DNA of 64,000 nucleotides, taken from assembly GCA_963707915.1 (NCBI GenBank), contig OY970178.1, positions 3,392,001-3,456,000 of the forward strand. Direction: 5' to 3'. The notes beneath the pieces are model-generated. The model did no database searches and was not told the origin of the DNA. It was given only the letters and a program-made list of their open reading frames with translations. This DNA comes from Candidatus Eiseniibacteriota bacterium (GTDB lineage: Bacteria > Eisenbacteria > RBG-16-71-46). This document shows positions 1-14,845 of the stretch, in pieces. Each line of letters begins with the position of its first letter. Positions within the stretch are counted from its first letter, which is position 1. A program made the translations under genes and the position numbers.

Positions 1-212
1 CCAGCGCGGGCGGCGGCATGGTCAAGGCGGTGGTGGACGGCAAGCAGATGCTCAAGGAACTCAAGATCGGCCCCGAGGCGCTGAAGGAGGGCGACGTCAC
101 GCTGCTCGAGGACCTGGTCCTGACGGCGGTGGGCGAGGCCCAGCGCGCCTCCGAGGCGCACATGCAGGAGACCATGGGCAAGCTCACCGGCGGCCTCGGG
201 CTGCCGTTCTAG
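1..212 (+). CDS. ybaB: YbaB/EbfC nucleoid-associated protein (5' truncated by window edge)
   Basis: SAGGGMVKAVVDG...LLEDLVLTAV...GGLGLPF; directly upstream of recR. Confidence 0.9.
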   Translation, partial: SAGGGMVKAVVDGKQMLKELKIGPEALKEGDVTLLEDLVLTAVGEAQRASEAHMQETMGKLTGGLGLPF

Positions 213-227
213 CGCCCGGCCCCCGAC

Positions 228-827
228 ATGTACTCCTCCAAGTTCCTCGAATCGCTGATCGAAGAGCTGGTCCGGCTGCCGAGCGTGGGCCAGAAGAGCG
301 CGCAGCGGCTGGCGCTGCACCTGATGCGCGTGCCGCGCGAGGAGGCGCTGCGCCTGGCCGAGGCCATCCGCGCGGCGCGCGAGAAGGTCGGCTTCTGCAG
401 CGTCTGCGGCCTGTTCAGCGAGGAGGACCCCTGCCTGATCGACCGCGACACGCAGCGGGACCCGCACCTGGTGTGCGTGGTCGAGCAGCCGGCCGACGTC
501 CTGGCGTTCGAGCGCACCGGCTCGTTCCGCGGTCGCTACCACGTGCTGGGCGGGGCGCTCTCGCCGCTCGCCGGGGTCCAGCCCGAGGACCTGCGCATCC
601 GCGAGCTGATCGAGCGGCTGCGCACCGAGCCGATCCAGGAGATCATCCTGGCCACGAACCCCAACGTGGCCGGCGAGGCGACGGCGCTCTACCTGTCGCG
701 GCTGCTCGCACCGCTGGGGGTCAGGGTCACGCGCATCGCGCGCGGCGTGCCGATGGGCTCCGACCTCGAGTACTCCGACCAGGTCACGCTGGCCCGTGCG
801 CTCGAGGGCCGGCGCGAGTTCGACTAG
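228..827 (+). CDS. recR: Recombination mediator RecR
   Basis: [13 protein letters not shown], Zn-finger, Toprim [26 protein letters not shown]. Confidence 0.97.
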   Translation: MYSSKFLESLIEELVRLPSVGQKSAQRLALHLMRVPREEALRLAEAIRAAREKVGFCSVCGLFSEEDPCLIDRDTQRDPHLVCVVEQPADVLAFERTGSFRGRYHVLGGALSPLAGVQPEDLRIRELIERLRTEPIQEIILATNPNVAGEATALYLSRLLAPLGVRVTRIARGVPMGSDLEYSDQVTLARALEGRREFD

Positions 828-854
828 GCCGCCGAGCGAGCGAATACCCCGGCC

Positions 855-2057
855 ATGAACCTCTACCTGCGCGACGCGCTCTTCCTGGTGAGCGTCTTCG
901 TGCTGATCGCGCTCAACGCCTTCTTCGTGGCGGCCGAGTTCGCGCTGGTCACGGTGCGCTGGACGCGGGTCGAGGAGATGGTCGAGCGGGGCCGCTTCGG
1001 GGCCCGGGCGGTGGCCCGGGCGCTCGAGAACCTGGACGACGCCATCGCCGCCACCCAGGTGGGGATCACCTTCGCGAGCCTGGCGCTGGGCTGGGTGGGC
1101 GAGCCCGCGCTGGCGCACCTGCTCCAGCCGCTGTTCGGCGGCATGCCGCAGCTCTGGGGGACGGTGGCCGCCCATGCCACCGCGGTCACGCTCGCCTACG
1201 TGCTGCTCACCTACCTGCACGTGGTGCTGGGCGAGCAGGTGCCCAAGATGCACGCGCTCGACCGCGCCGAGGACGTGGCGGTGATCGTGGCCGGCCCGCT
1301 GCTCGCCTTCGCGCGGGTGTTCCGCCCGTTCATCTGGTCGGTGGGCTGGGGCAGCGAACTGGTGGTGCGCATGCTGCGGCTGCCGGCGCCGCGCGCCGAG
1401 CAGGACATCCACTCGGTGCGGGAGCTGGGTATGCTGGTCGAGGAGACCGCCGAGGCCGGCATGATGCCGGCCGAGCAGGCCGAGTACGTGCGCAACGTGT
1501 TCCGCCTGAGCGGCAAGCGCGTGCACGACGTCATGGTGCCGCGCGAGAAGGTGGTGACGCTGTCGCTGGGGGCCTCGCCCGAGGACGTGCTGGCGACCTG
1601 CCGCGAGACGGCGCACACCCGCATGCCGGTGTGGGAGGGCCAGCCCGACAACATCGTGGGCATCGTCAACTCCAAGAACCTCTTCCACCTGTTCAGTCAG
1701 TACAAACTCGTGCTGCTGGAAGACGCCATGTACCCGCCCATCTTCGCGGAGCCGGACCTGTCGGTGGGCCGGCTGCTCGGCATCTTCCGCCGGGCGCGCC
1801 GCCCGATGGCGGTGGTGCGCGATGCGAGCGGCCGCTTCCTGGGCATCGTGACGCTCGAGGACATCCTCGAGGAGATCGTTGGCGAGATCGAGGACGAGCA
1901 CGACGTGCCGCCGCCCGCGCCGCCCGTCCCGGTCGTCCCGGCACCGGCCTCGCGACCCGGCTCGGCGCTCGCCACCGGCCCGGTGGCGACGCCCGGGCGG
2001 ACCCCGCCGGCCGCCCCGGGTGGCCCGTCGACTCCGGGCGGAGCCGCGGGCGGCTGA
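855..2057 (+). CDS. Hemolysin/CNNM (DUF21)-CBS domain membrane protein with Pro/Ala-rich tail
   Basis: NAFFVAAEFALV, QVGIT, GEQVPK, tandem CBS, GIVTLEDILEEIVGEIEDEHD. Confidence 0.9.
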   Translation: MNLYLRDALFLVSVFVLIALNAFFVAAEFALVTVRWTRVEEMVERGRFGARAVARALENLDDAIAATQVGITFASLALGWVGEPALAHLLQPLFGGMPQLWGTVAAHATAVTLAYVLLTYLHVVLGEQVPKMHALDRAEDVAVIVAGPLLAFARVFRPFIWSVGWGSELVVRMLRLPAPRAEQDIHSVRELGMLVEETAEAGMMPAEQAEYVRNVFRLSGKRVHDVMVPREKVVTLSLGASPEDVLATCRETAHTRMPVWEGQPDNIVGIVNSKNLFHLFSQYKLVLLEDAMYPPIFAEPDLSVGRLLGIFRRARRPMAVVRDASGRFLGIVTLEDILEEIVGEIEDEHDVPPPAPPVPVVPAPASRPGSALATGPVATPGRTPPAAPGGPSTPGGAAGG

Positions 2058-2238
2058 CCCCGGTTCGCGGGAACCGGGCCCGGCCGCAGGGTTCGGGCGT
2101 CCCGCCTCCGCCCGGCCAAACGCAAATCCCGCACAACTTTGTCTTGTCGCCGCGGCCCGGGCGTGGTACCCCTTCTTCCGGTTCACACGGACGTGCCAGG
2201 AGTCTGAACCGGCTAAGCCCAATTTGGCAGGGGGATTC

Positions 2239-2748
2239 ATGCCGCAATGGACTCTTTTCGAAAACGACTTTCGCTCCATCGACGGGGTCCTGAACGAGTT
2301 GCTGGAGCGCACCAACGCGCTCTCGGTGCACCTCGTGGATCGCTCCGGCCAGCTCATCACCTCGGCCGGACGCACCGGTGACTTCGATGCCACGGCGTTC
2401 GCCAGCCTGGTGGCCGCGGATTTCACGGCCAACGCGGAGCTTTCCCAGTTGCTCGGCGAGGAGGGTTTGGCGGCGGTGGTGAGCGAGGGACGCGAGCGCT
2501 CGGTCCACTCGTGCCTGCTGGCGGGCCGGGTCATCATGTGCACCGTCTACGACCGGCGCAGCACGCTGGGCCTGGTGCGGTTCCGCGCGAACCGCGCGGC
2601 GCGGGAGCTGACCGGCATCTTCGAGGGCCTGTTCGAGAAGGTGGGCCTGTTCGAGCCCGACCTGCAGCCCGGCGTGGAGATGGAGCCGACCAGCCCCGAG
2701 TTCGCGCTGGCCGCGAGCCAGGAAGTCGACGCGCTCTTCGGGGACTAG
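2239..2748 (+). CDS. mglB: MglB-like roadblock/LC7 GTPase-activating protein
   Basis: LVDRSGQLI...FASLVAADFTANAELSQLLGE...STLGLVRFR; ATG after GGGGA; adjacent to mglA. Confidence 0.9.
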   Translation: MPQWTLFENDFRSIDGVLNELLERTNALSVHLVDRSGQLITSAGRTGDFDATAFASLVAADFTANAELSQLLGEEGLAAVVSEGRERSVHSCLLAGRVIMCTVYDRRSTLGLVRFRANRAARELTGIFEGLFEKVGLFEPDLQPGVEMEPTSPEFALAASQEVDALFGD

Positions 2749-2787
2749 CCGCACTTCGCAATCCCACCGAACCACGCGGAGGGTCTC

Positions 2788-3462
2788 ATGGCGCTCATCA
2801 ACCACCGGGCGCGCGAGATCCACTTCAAGATCGTCTATTTCGGGCCCGGGCTGGGCGGCAAGACCACCAACCTGCGCTTCCTGCACGAGCGCCTGCCCGC
2901 CGAGCGGCGCGGCCGGCTCCTCTCGATCGCGACCGACCACGAGCGCACGCTGTTCTTCGACTTCCTGCCGGTGGACCTGGGGCAGGTGAACGGCTTCCTG
3001 ACGCGCTTCCACCTCTACACCGTGCCCGGGCAGGTCTACTACCGGCTGTCGCGGCGCGCCGTGCTGCAGGGGGCCGACGGGCTGGTCTTCGTCGCCGATT
3101 CGCACCCGGCGCGCGAGCAGGCGAACGTCGACTCGCTCGACGACCTGGCCACGCACCTGCGCTCGATGGCCCTGACGCCGGTCCAGCTCGAGCGCATCCC
3201 GCGCGTCTTCCAGTGGAACAAGCGCGACCTGCCCGGGGCGCTGCCGGTCGAGCGGCTGCACGCGGCGCTCAACCCGCGCGGCGCGCCCGAGTTCGAGGCG
3301 GTGGCCAGCGAGGGACGCGGCGTGAGCGAGACGCTGCGCACCATCTGCAAGGCCGTGCTCGGCCGGCTGGTGGTGGGGGAGCGTGCGCCCCAGCCCGCGG
3401 CGGCCGCGCCGGTGCCGCGCCCGGCCTCGGCCCCGGTGCCGGTGCCGCAGACGCAATCTTGA
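2788..3462 (+). CDS. mglA: MglA-like small Ras-like GTPase
   Basis: KIVYFGPGLGGKTTNL, RTLFFDFLP, HLYTVPGQVYY, QWNKRDL. Confidence 0.93.
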   Translation: MALINHRAREIHFKIVYFGPGLGGKTTNLRFLHERLPAERRGRLLSIATDHERTLFFDFLPVDLGQVNGFLTRFHLYTVPGQVYYRLSRRAVLQGADGLVFVADSHPAREQANVDSLDDLATHLRSMALTPVQLERIPRVFQWNKRDLPGALPVERLHAALNPRGAPEFEAVASEGRGVSETLRTICKAVLGRLVVGERAPQPAAAAPVPRPASAPVPVPQTQS

Positions 3463-3926
3463 GGGCCCTCGCGCGCTTCGTCGCCACGCTGGGCCCGGTC
3501 GGCTCGGCCCCGCTCGCCCCGGCGACGGCCGGCAGCGCCGTGGTGGTCCTGGTGGGCTGGTTCCTGCCGGTCCCCGCGCTCTGGGTGACCCTGCTGCTGA
3601 TCCTGGCCGGCTCGGCGCTGGCCGTCTGGAGCGCCGGCGAGGCCGAGGCGACGCTGGGGCACGACGCCAAGCCGATCGTCATCGACGAGGTGGTCGGCCA
3701 GAGCCTGGCCCTGCTCTTCGTGCCGCACCACCCGCTCGCCTTCTTCGCCGCCTTCCTGCTGTTCCGCGTCTTCGACATCCTGAAGCCGCTCGGCGCGCGC
3801 GAGATCCAGCGGCTCCCGGGCGGCTGGGGCGTGGTCGCCGACGACGTGGTCGCGGGACTCACCGCCTGCGGGGTCTTCCACCTCGGCTGGTGGGCCCTGC
3901 AGCGGCTCGGGTTGCTGGCGGGCTGA
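3459..3926 (+). CDS. pgpA: Phosphatidylglycerophosphatase A
   Basis: APATAGS, HDAKPIVIDEVVG, FRVFDILKP, GGWGVVADD; TTG start overlaps mglA stop. Confidence 0.9.
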   Translation: MRALARFVATLGPVGSAPLAPATAGSAVVVLVGWFLPVPALWVTLLLILAGSALAVWSAGEAEATLGHDAKPIVIDEVVGQSLALLFVPHHPLAFFAAFLLFRVFDILKPLGAREIQRLPGGWGVVADDVVAGLTACGVFHLGWWALQRLGLLAG

Positions 3927-4159
3927 CCGGCCCGCCGGGATTCTCCTCATGTCCCGGGCGACCCCGGCCGATACTCATGGTGTCTTCGGTTGGCTCTGGA
4001 TGTGCAGCAGACGTTCGATTCCGCCAGGGACACCTGGCGGATTTTCGTTTGAAGGCACCCCGGCCGGGCGAAGTGCGGTCATGGTGGCCGGACGTCGCCG
4101 TCGCGTGATGAGACGGCAGAACCAAGGGATCTTCGGATCCCGGCATCAAGGAGTTCCAA

Positions 4160-4360
4160 GTGGCTCGTGGCACGGTGAAGTGGTTCAACGAGGCGAAGGG
4201 TTTCGGATTCATCACCCAGGAAGGTGGCGAGGACGTGTTCGTGCACTTCTCGGCCATCGTCGGCGAAGGCTTCAAGACGCTCGCCGAGGGTGAGACGCTC
4301 GAGTTCGACGTCACGCGCGGGCCGAAGGGCCTGCAGGCGGCGAACGTCCGCAAGGTGTAG
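4160..4360 (+). CDS. Cold-shock protein (CspA family)
   Basis: [39 protein letters not shown]. Confidence 0.97.
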   Translation: MARGTVKWFNEAKGFGFITQEGGEDVFVHFSAIVGEGFKTLAEGETLEFDVTRGPKGLQAANVRKV

Positions 4361-4549
4361 CCCCGGGGGACCACCTCGATCCGCGGGCGGCATCCGCAAG
4401 GGTGCCGCCCGGACCGTTGCCGCGCGCAGCCCGGGCCCCCGTCCCGGCCGCGACGGCCGCGGGGCTTCGCGCAGTTGCGCGCCCACCCGGCCTTGCGTCA
4501 CAGTCCCGCCACCCACGGAACGCAGCGCCACCCAACGGACGGGGCCGCC

Positions 4550-5962
4550 ATGCAGATCGAGATCGTCACCATCGGCAACGAAGTGCTCTCGGGCCGCACC
4601 GTGGACACGAACTTCGCCTGGCTGGCGCGCGCGCTCGAGCGGGCCAGCGTGCAGGTGGCCTGGCATTCCACGGTGGGGGACGCGCCCGAGCGGATCGGCG
4701 AGGCGCTCAAGCGCGCGCTGGAGCGCGCCGACGGCGTGGTGATGACCGGGGGGCTGGGGCCCACGCCCGACGACCTCACGCGCCGGGCCGTCGCCACGGT
4801 GCTCGCCCGCCCGCTCCAGCTCGACGAGACGGTGCTCGCCCACGTGCGCGAGCGGGCGAAGCGCTCCGGTCGGCGGCTGCCGGCCTCGATCGAGAGCATG
4901 GCGCTGCTGCCGCGCGGTGCCGAGGCGTGGCTCAACCCGCAGGGCTCCGCGCCCGGGATCCTGGTCCTGCAGGGCGAGAAACCGGTGATCCTGCTGCCCG
5001 GCGTGCCCCACGAGATGGAAGCACTCGCGACCGAGCGCGTCGTCCCCTACCTGCGCCAGCGCACCGGCCGCACGGTCGAGACCTTCACGTTGCGCACCTT
5101 CGGCGCGTTCGAGAGCCAGCTCCAGGAACGGATCGGCGCGCGGCCGCAGCGCTGGAGCGGCGCCTCGCTGGCCTACCTGCCGAGCTACTTCGGCGTGGAC
5201 CTGCGCGTGACCGTGGCCGGTGCGAACGAGACGCAGGTGAGGGAGACGGCGGACCAGGCCTGCGCCGAGCTCCGGTCGCTGGTGGGCGGGCTGGTCTACG
5301 CCGAGGGCGAGCGCTCGATGGAGGACGTGGTGGGCGAGGCGCTGCTGCAACGCGGCTGGCGCGTCGCCACCGCCGAGTCGTGCACCGCCGGGCTGCTCGC
5401 CAAGCGCCTCACCGACGTGCCGGGCGCCTCGCGCTACTTCGACCGCGGCTTCGTCGCCTACACCAACGAGGCCAAGGCCGAGTTGCTGGGCGTGAGCGAG
5501 GCCGACCTCGCGGCGCAGGGCGCGGTCAGCGCGGTGGTGGCCGGGCAGATGGCGCACGGGGCGCGGCACCGTGCCGGCGTGGACCTCGGACTGGCGATCA
5601 CCGGCGTGGCGGGGCCCGACGGTGGCACCGCCGAGAAGCCCGTGGGGCTGGTCTTCGTCGCGCTCTCCTCGGGCGAGGGCGAGGTCGTGCGCCGCTTCCA
5701 GTTCTCGGGGACGCGCTCCACCATCCGGGAGCGCACGGTGCAGGTCACGCTCGACCTGGCGCGCCGGCTGGCGCTCGGCCTGACGCTCGACCCGGTGATC
5801 GAGGAGGAGCCGGCCGCTTCGAGCCGGCCGGCCGCGCGCCGCACCGCGAAGGTGGCGGACGTGGTCGCGCCCGCGCCGGAGCCGGTGGCGGAGGCGAAGC
5901 CCCGGCCGGCGCCGCGCCGGCGCACGCCGCCCCCGGCCGGCGGAGAGCGCAACGGCGGCTGA
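4550..5962 (+). CDS. cinA: Competence/damage-inducible protein CinA (MoCF + NMN deamidase)
   Basis: IGNEVLSGRTVDTN, GGLGPTPDDLT, AESCTAG, GAVS, ITGVAGPDGG. Confidence 0.95.
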   Translation: MQIEIVTIGNEVLSGRTVDTNFAWLARALERASVQVAWHSTVGDAPERIGEALKRALERADGVVMTGGLGPTPDDLTRRAVATVLARPLQLDETVLAHVRERAKRSGRRLPASIESMALLPRGAEAWLNPQGSAPGILVLQGEKPVILLPGVPHEMEALATERVVPYLRQRTGRTVETFTLRTFGAFESQLQERIGARPQRWSGASLAYLPSYFGVDLRVTVAGANETQVRETADQACAELRSLVGGLVYAEGERSMEDVVGEALLQRGWRVATAESCTAGLLAKRLTDVPGASRYFDRGFVAYTNEAKAELLGVSEADLAAQGAVSAVVAGQMAHGARHRAGVDLGLAITGVAGPDGGTAEKPVGLVFVALSSGEGEVVRRFQFSGTRSTIRERTVQVTLDLARRLALGLTLDPVIEEEPAASSRPAARRTAKVADVVAPAPEPVAEAKPRPAPRRRTPPPAGGERNGG

Positions 5963-5963
5963 G

Positions 5964-6524
5964 ATGCGATTGTTCCTGGCGGTCTTCCCGCCCGCCGCGG
6001 TCCAGCGTGCGGCCTTCGCCTGCATCGAGGCGCTGCGGCGCCCGGGCGACGGCGTCTCGTGGGTGAAGCCCGAGAACCTGCACTACACGCTGCGCTTCCT
6101 CGGCGAGCTGGGAGAGGACGGCGCGCGCCGGGCGGGCGAGGCGGCGGGCGAGGCCGCGGCGCAGTCCCGCGCCTTCGCGGCCGCGCTCGGCGGCCTGGGC
6201 GCGTTCCCGGACGCCCGGCGCGCGCGCGTCATCTGGGCCGGCATGAGCGAGGGCGCCGAGGCGCTGGTGACGCTCGCGCGCGACCTCGACCGGGCGCTGG
6301 CGAAACGCGGCTTCGGCGCGGCCGACAAGCCCTTCTCCGCCCACCTCACGCTGGGGCGCGTGCGCACGCCGGGGACCGACTGGAGCGCGGCGCTGGCCGC
6401 GCAGCGGGTGGCCGCGCCGCAGGCGGGCTTCGGGGTGGAGCGGATCTGCGTGGTGGAGAGCCGGTTGAGCCCGGGCGGCTCGATCTACACGGTGCGCACG
6501 GCGGCCCCGCTGGCGCCGGCCTGA
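5964..6524 (+). CDS. thpR: RNA 2',3'-cyclic phosphodiesterase
   Basis: MRLFLA, two HxT motifs ([14 protein letters not shown]). Confidence 0.93.
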   Translation: MRLFLAVFPPAAVQRAAFACIEALRRPGDGVSWVKPENLHYTLRFLGELGEDGARRAGEAAGEAAAQSRAFAAALGGLGAFPDARRARVIWAGMSEGAEALVTLARDLDRALAKRGFGAADKPFSAHLTLGRVRTPGTDWSAALAAQRVAAPQAGFGVERICVVESRLSPGGSIYTVRTAAPLAPA

Positions 6525-6720
6525 GCGCCGTTCGTCTCATCATCTCGTTGTGCCCGTTGATGTTATCGGTTCAGAACATACCGCTTTCCATCTACTGCCC
6601 AAATGTGTAGTATGCGGCCGCAATCGGACCCGTGACCCCGGGGAGCGAGTCACCTATCTTGTGCGGGTCGTCCCCGCTCCGCCCCGGAACGTGCAGCCCC
6701 TGCGAAGGAGACGCTGGACC

Positions 6721-8922
<2,202 letters not shown>

Positions 8923-8993
8923 CCGAGCGAGACGTCATCCCGGGCCCGGCTACCGTGGACGGGCCCGGCACACTCCCCCGACAGGAGGTCTCC

Positions 8994-9518
8994 ATGCGAT
9001 TCCCGAGTGGATGCTGGGTACTCACCCTGGCGCTCGCCACCGTCCTGGCCGGGGGGTGCGCGACGGGCCGCAGGCCGGCGACGGCGGCGGACACCGCCGC
9101 CATCGAGGCCGCCGCGGACAGCCTCACGCAGGCCGAGAACACCGCGATCGCGGCGCGCGACACCAACGCCATCGCCGATTGCTACACCGCCGACGCGCGC
9201 ATGCTGCCGCCGAACCTGCCGCGGGTGGAGGGGAGGGACGCGATCCGGGCGACGTGGGCCCGGATGCTGGCCATGCCCGGCCTGACGCTGACGCTCGCCT
9301 CCGGGCAGAAGCTGGTGTCCGAGAGCGGCGACCTGGTCGTGGACCTGGGGACCTACGCGTTCACCGCCCGGGGTCCGAAGGGCAAGCCCCTGCAGGACAC
9401 CGGCAAGTACGTGACCGTGCTGAAGAAGGTGGACGGGCGGTGGAAGATGGCGGTGGACGTCTGGAACAGCGACCTGGCCGCGCCGGGGACGGCGAAGCCG
9501 GCGACCGCGCTTCCGTGA
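8994..9518 (+). CDS. DUF4440/SnoaL-like (NTF2 fold) lipoprotein
   Basis: LAGGC lipobox; YTADARMLPPN...GRDAIR...DTGKYVTVLKK.DGRWK. Confidence 0.8.
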   Translation: MRFPSGCWVLTLALATVLAGGCATGRRPATAADTAAIEAAADSLTQAENTAIAARDTNAIADCYTADARMLPPNLPRVEGRDAIRATWARMLAMPGLTLTLASGQKLVSESGDLVVDLGTYAFTARGPKGKPLQDTGKYVTVLKKVDGRWKMAVDVWNSDLAAPGTAKPATALP

Positions 9519-9576
9519 CCTGGCCGGCATCCTTCCACTCGCGGGCCCCCGCCGGCGCCACGCGCGGGGGCCCGTC

Positions 9577-10254
9577 GTGAGCGCGACGCGCGGGCTGCCT
9601 CCCGTGCGCCAGCTCGTGGGCATCCCGCTCAACGTGCTGTTCTTCCTGCTCCTCATGGTGCTGGCCTGGGGGAGCTGGTCGGGCTTCGTCGCCAGCCCGG
9701 TGCGGGTCGGCGTCATCGTGCTCCACGTGCTCATGATCCCGGTCATGACGCTGAGCACCTCGGGCCGCAGCAAGGGGCTCGAGCACGCGCCCGACTGGAA
9801 GCCGTTCTTCCCGCTGCTGGTCTTCCACTCGCTCTTCACCGCCTACGCGATGCCCTACATGGACGCCCGCGACCTGTGGGTGCTGCCCGGCGGCGACGTC
9901 ACGCGCTGGGCGGGCCTGGTGGTGCTGACGGCGGGCGTGGCGCTGCGTCTCGGGCCGATGCTCGCCCTCGGCCGGCGTTTCGCCTCGGTGGTCGCGCTGC
10001 AGCCGGACCACACGCTCACCACCACCGGCTTCTACGCGCGCGTGCGGCATCCATCGTACCTGGGGATCCTGCTGATGGACGTGGGCTTCGCCGGGGTGTT
10101 CCGCAGCGTCCCGGCGGTGGCGCTGCTGCCGCTGGTCCTGTGGATGTTCAAGCGCCGGATGGACGTCGAGGAGGCGTTCATGATCGGGCGCTTCGGCGAC
10201 GAGTACCGGGACTACGCCGCGCGCACCGCCCGGATCCTGCCCGGGATCTACTGA
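9577..10254 (+). CDS. Isoprenylcysteine carboxyl methyltransferase family membrane protein
   Basis: HTLTTTGFYARVRHPSYLG, EEAFM...FGDEYRDY. Confidence 0.88.
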   Translation: MSATRGLPPVRQLVGIPLNVLFFLLLMVLAWGSWSGFVASPVRVGVIVLHVLMIPVMTLSTSGRSKGLEHAPDWKPFFPLLVFHSLFTAYAMPYMDARDLWVLPGGDVTRWAGLVVLTAGVALRLGPMLALGRRFASVVALQPDHTLTTTGFYARVRHPSYLGILLMDVGFAGVFRSVPAVALLPLVLWMFKRRMDVEEAFMIGRFGDEYRDYAARTARILPGIY

Positions 10255-10256
10255 GC

Positions 10257-10784
10257 ATGCGCGGACGGCCTCCCGCCCGGCTCGCCGAGGGCGAACGCTC
10301 GGCCGACTCCGGGGCCTGCCGCGAGGCGGCGCTGCGGCTGCTCGAGCGGCAGCGCCGCACCCGGGCGGACCTCGAGCGGCGGCTGCGTGACAAGGGCTAC
10401 GCCGCCGCGACGGTCGCCGGGGTGCTCGACCGGCTCGGCGGCGTGGGGCTGGTGGACGACGTCGAGTATGCCCGGGCCTTCATGGCCGGCCGCCGGGCGC
10501 GCCGCTCGGCGGGCGCGCGCCGCATCGAGCAGGAGCTGCGCGCGCGGGGCGTGAGCGCCGAGGACATCGGGGCGGCGTCCGCCCGGCTCGACGCCGAGCA
10601 GGGCGGGATGGACGAGCTCGCGGCGGCGCGCAAGGTGATCGCCCAGGCCGAGCGTCGCAGCCGCGGGATCGAGCCGCGCCTGCAGCGCCAGCGGCTATAC
10701 GCGCTGCTTGCCCGGCGCGGGTTCGACGGCGACGTGATCCGCCGCGCGCTGGACCTGCCGGAGGAGGCGGGGCCGGAGGAATAG
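10257..10784 (+). CDS. recX: Regulatory protein RecX
   Basis: ALRLL..RRT..L..RL..KGY, GLVDD.EYA, L.RRGF; between recA and alaS. Confidence 0.9.
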   Translation: MRGRPPARLAEGERSADSGACREAALRLLERQRRTRADLERRLRDKGYAAATVAGVLDRLGGVGLVDDVEYARAFMAGRRARRSAGARRIEQELRARGVSAEDIGAASARLDAEQGGMDELAAARKVIAQAERRSRGIEPRLQRQRLYALLARRGFDGDVIRRALDLPEEAGPEE

Positions 10785-10838
10785 CGGAGCCGACCGGGGC
10801 GGGCCCGGCGGGCCCGGATCCCACCGGGGTGCCCCGGG

Positions 10839-10868
10839 TTCAGAGACCGGGCGGCCATCCTGTATAGT
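10839..10868 (+). promoter_or_regulatory. Putative sigma70 promoter of alaS
   Basis: TTCAGA-N18-TATAGT. Confidence 0.4.
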
Positions 10869-10962
10869 CCCCCGATTCGACGCCCGAGGCCCGCGGCCGT
10901 GCGACCCGCTCGCCGTGGCCGTGGCTTCCGGGACCGTGCGCGCCACCGACTTCGGAGACTGG

Positions 10963-13689
<2,727 letters not shown>

Positions 13690-13720
13690 GGACGGTGGAC
13701 TCCACGAGAGGGGATCTGCG

Positions 13721-14845
13721 ATGAAGGCCCTGGTACTGGCGGGGGGCCGCGGCACGCGGCTCCGTCCGATCACGCACACCGCCGCCAAGCAGCTCGTGCC
13801 GGTGGCCAACAAGCCGGTGCTGTTCTACGGGCTCGAGGCGCTGCGCGACGCGGGGATCCGCGAGGTCGGCATCGTGGTGAGCGACCCGCGCGAGATGCTC
13901 CAGCCCGATTCGCGCACCGGCGAGCGCCACACGGTGATGGTGAACAGCCAGGCCGAGATCCGCCAGGCGGTGGGCGACGGCTCGGCCTTCGGCCTGCAGG
14001 TCACCTACATCGAGCAGGAGGCGCCGCTCGGGCTGGCGCATGCGGTGAAGATCTCCGAGGACTTCATGCGCGGCGATCCGTTCGTGATGTACCTGGGCGA
14101 CAACCTGATCAAGGACGGCATCACCCCGTTCGTGCGCGAGTTCGAGGCCGAGAAGCCCGACGCGCAGATCCTGCTGGCCCACGTGAAGACGCCGTGGGAG
14201 TTCGGCGTGGCCGAGCTGGAGGGCGACCGGGTGGTGCGGCTCGAGGAGAAGCCCAGGCAGCCGCGTTCCGACCTCGCGCTGGTCGGCGTCTACCTGTTCA
14301 GCGCCTGCGTGTTCGAGTCGGTGAACGCCATCCGACCGGGCCGGCGTGGCGAGCTGGAGATCACCGACGCCATCCAGCACCTCATCGACTCGGGCCGCCG
14401 CGTGCGCTCGCACATCATCAGCGGGTGGTGGAAGGACACCGGCAAGGTCGAGGACATGCTCGAGGGCAACCGGATGATGCTGATGGGACTGCAGACCGAC
14501 ATCCGGGGCCAGGTGGACAAGGACAGCGAGATCGAGGGCCACGTGGCGATCGGGCCGGGGACCGTGGTCGAGCGCTCGCGCCTGCGCGGGCCGCTGGTGA
14601 TCGGCGCGGGCGCGCGCATCAGCGACTCCTACGTCGGCCCGTTCACCTCGCTGGCCGACGGCGTCGTGCTGTCGCGCTGCGAGATCGAGCACTCGATCGT
14701 GCTGGAGCGCAGCCGCATCGAGGACATCCCCGGCCGGATCGAGTCGAGCCTGATGGGCAAGGACGTGGTGGTCTGCGGCAAGGAGACGCGCCCCCGCGCG
14801 CATCGGCTCATGCTCGGGGACTCGAGCCGGCTGGAGCTTTCGTGA
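13721..14845 (+). CDS. rfbA: Glucose-1-phosphate thymidylyltransferase (long form)
   Basis: LAGGRGTRLRPIT..AAKQLVPVANKP, GELEITDA, WWKDTG. Confidence 0.92.
   Translation: MKALVLAGGRGTRLRPITHTAAKQLVPVANKPVLFYGLEALRDAGIREVGIVVSDPREMLQPDSRTGERHTVMVNSQAEIRQAVGDGSAFGLQVTYIEQEAPLGLAHAVKISEDFMRGDPFVMYLGDNLIKDGITPFVREFEAEKPDAQILLAHVKTPWEFGVAELEGDRVVRLEEKPRQPRSDLALVGVYLFSACVFESVNAIRPGRRGELEITDAIQHLIDSGRRVRSHIISGWWKDTGKVEDMLEGNRMMLMGLQTDIRGQVDKDSEIEGHVAIGPGTVVERSRLRGPLVIGAGARISDSYVGPFTSLADGVVLSRCEIEHSIVLERSRIEDIPGRIESSLMGKDVVVCGKETRPRAHRLMLGDSSRLELS

Noticed and set aside
6540..6615. LexA/SOS box upstream of recA (TGTT-N10-AACA, CTAC-N11-GTAG)
   Set aside because: The AT-rich promoter-like region is real, but neither short dyad matches a LexA consensus I can support.
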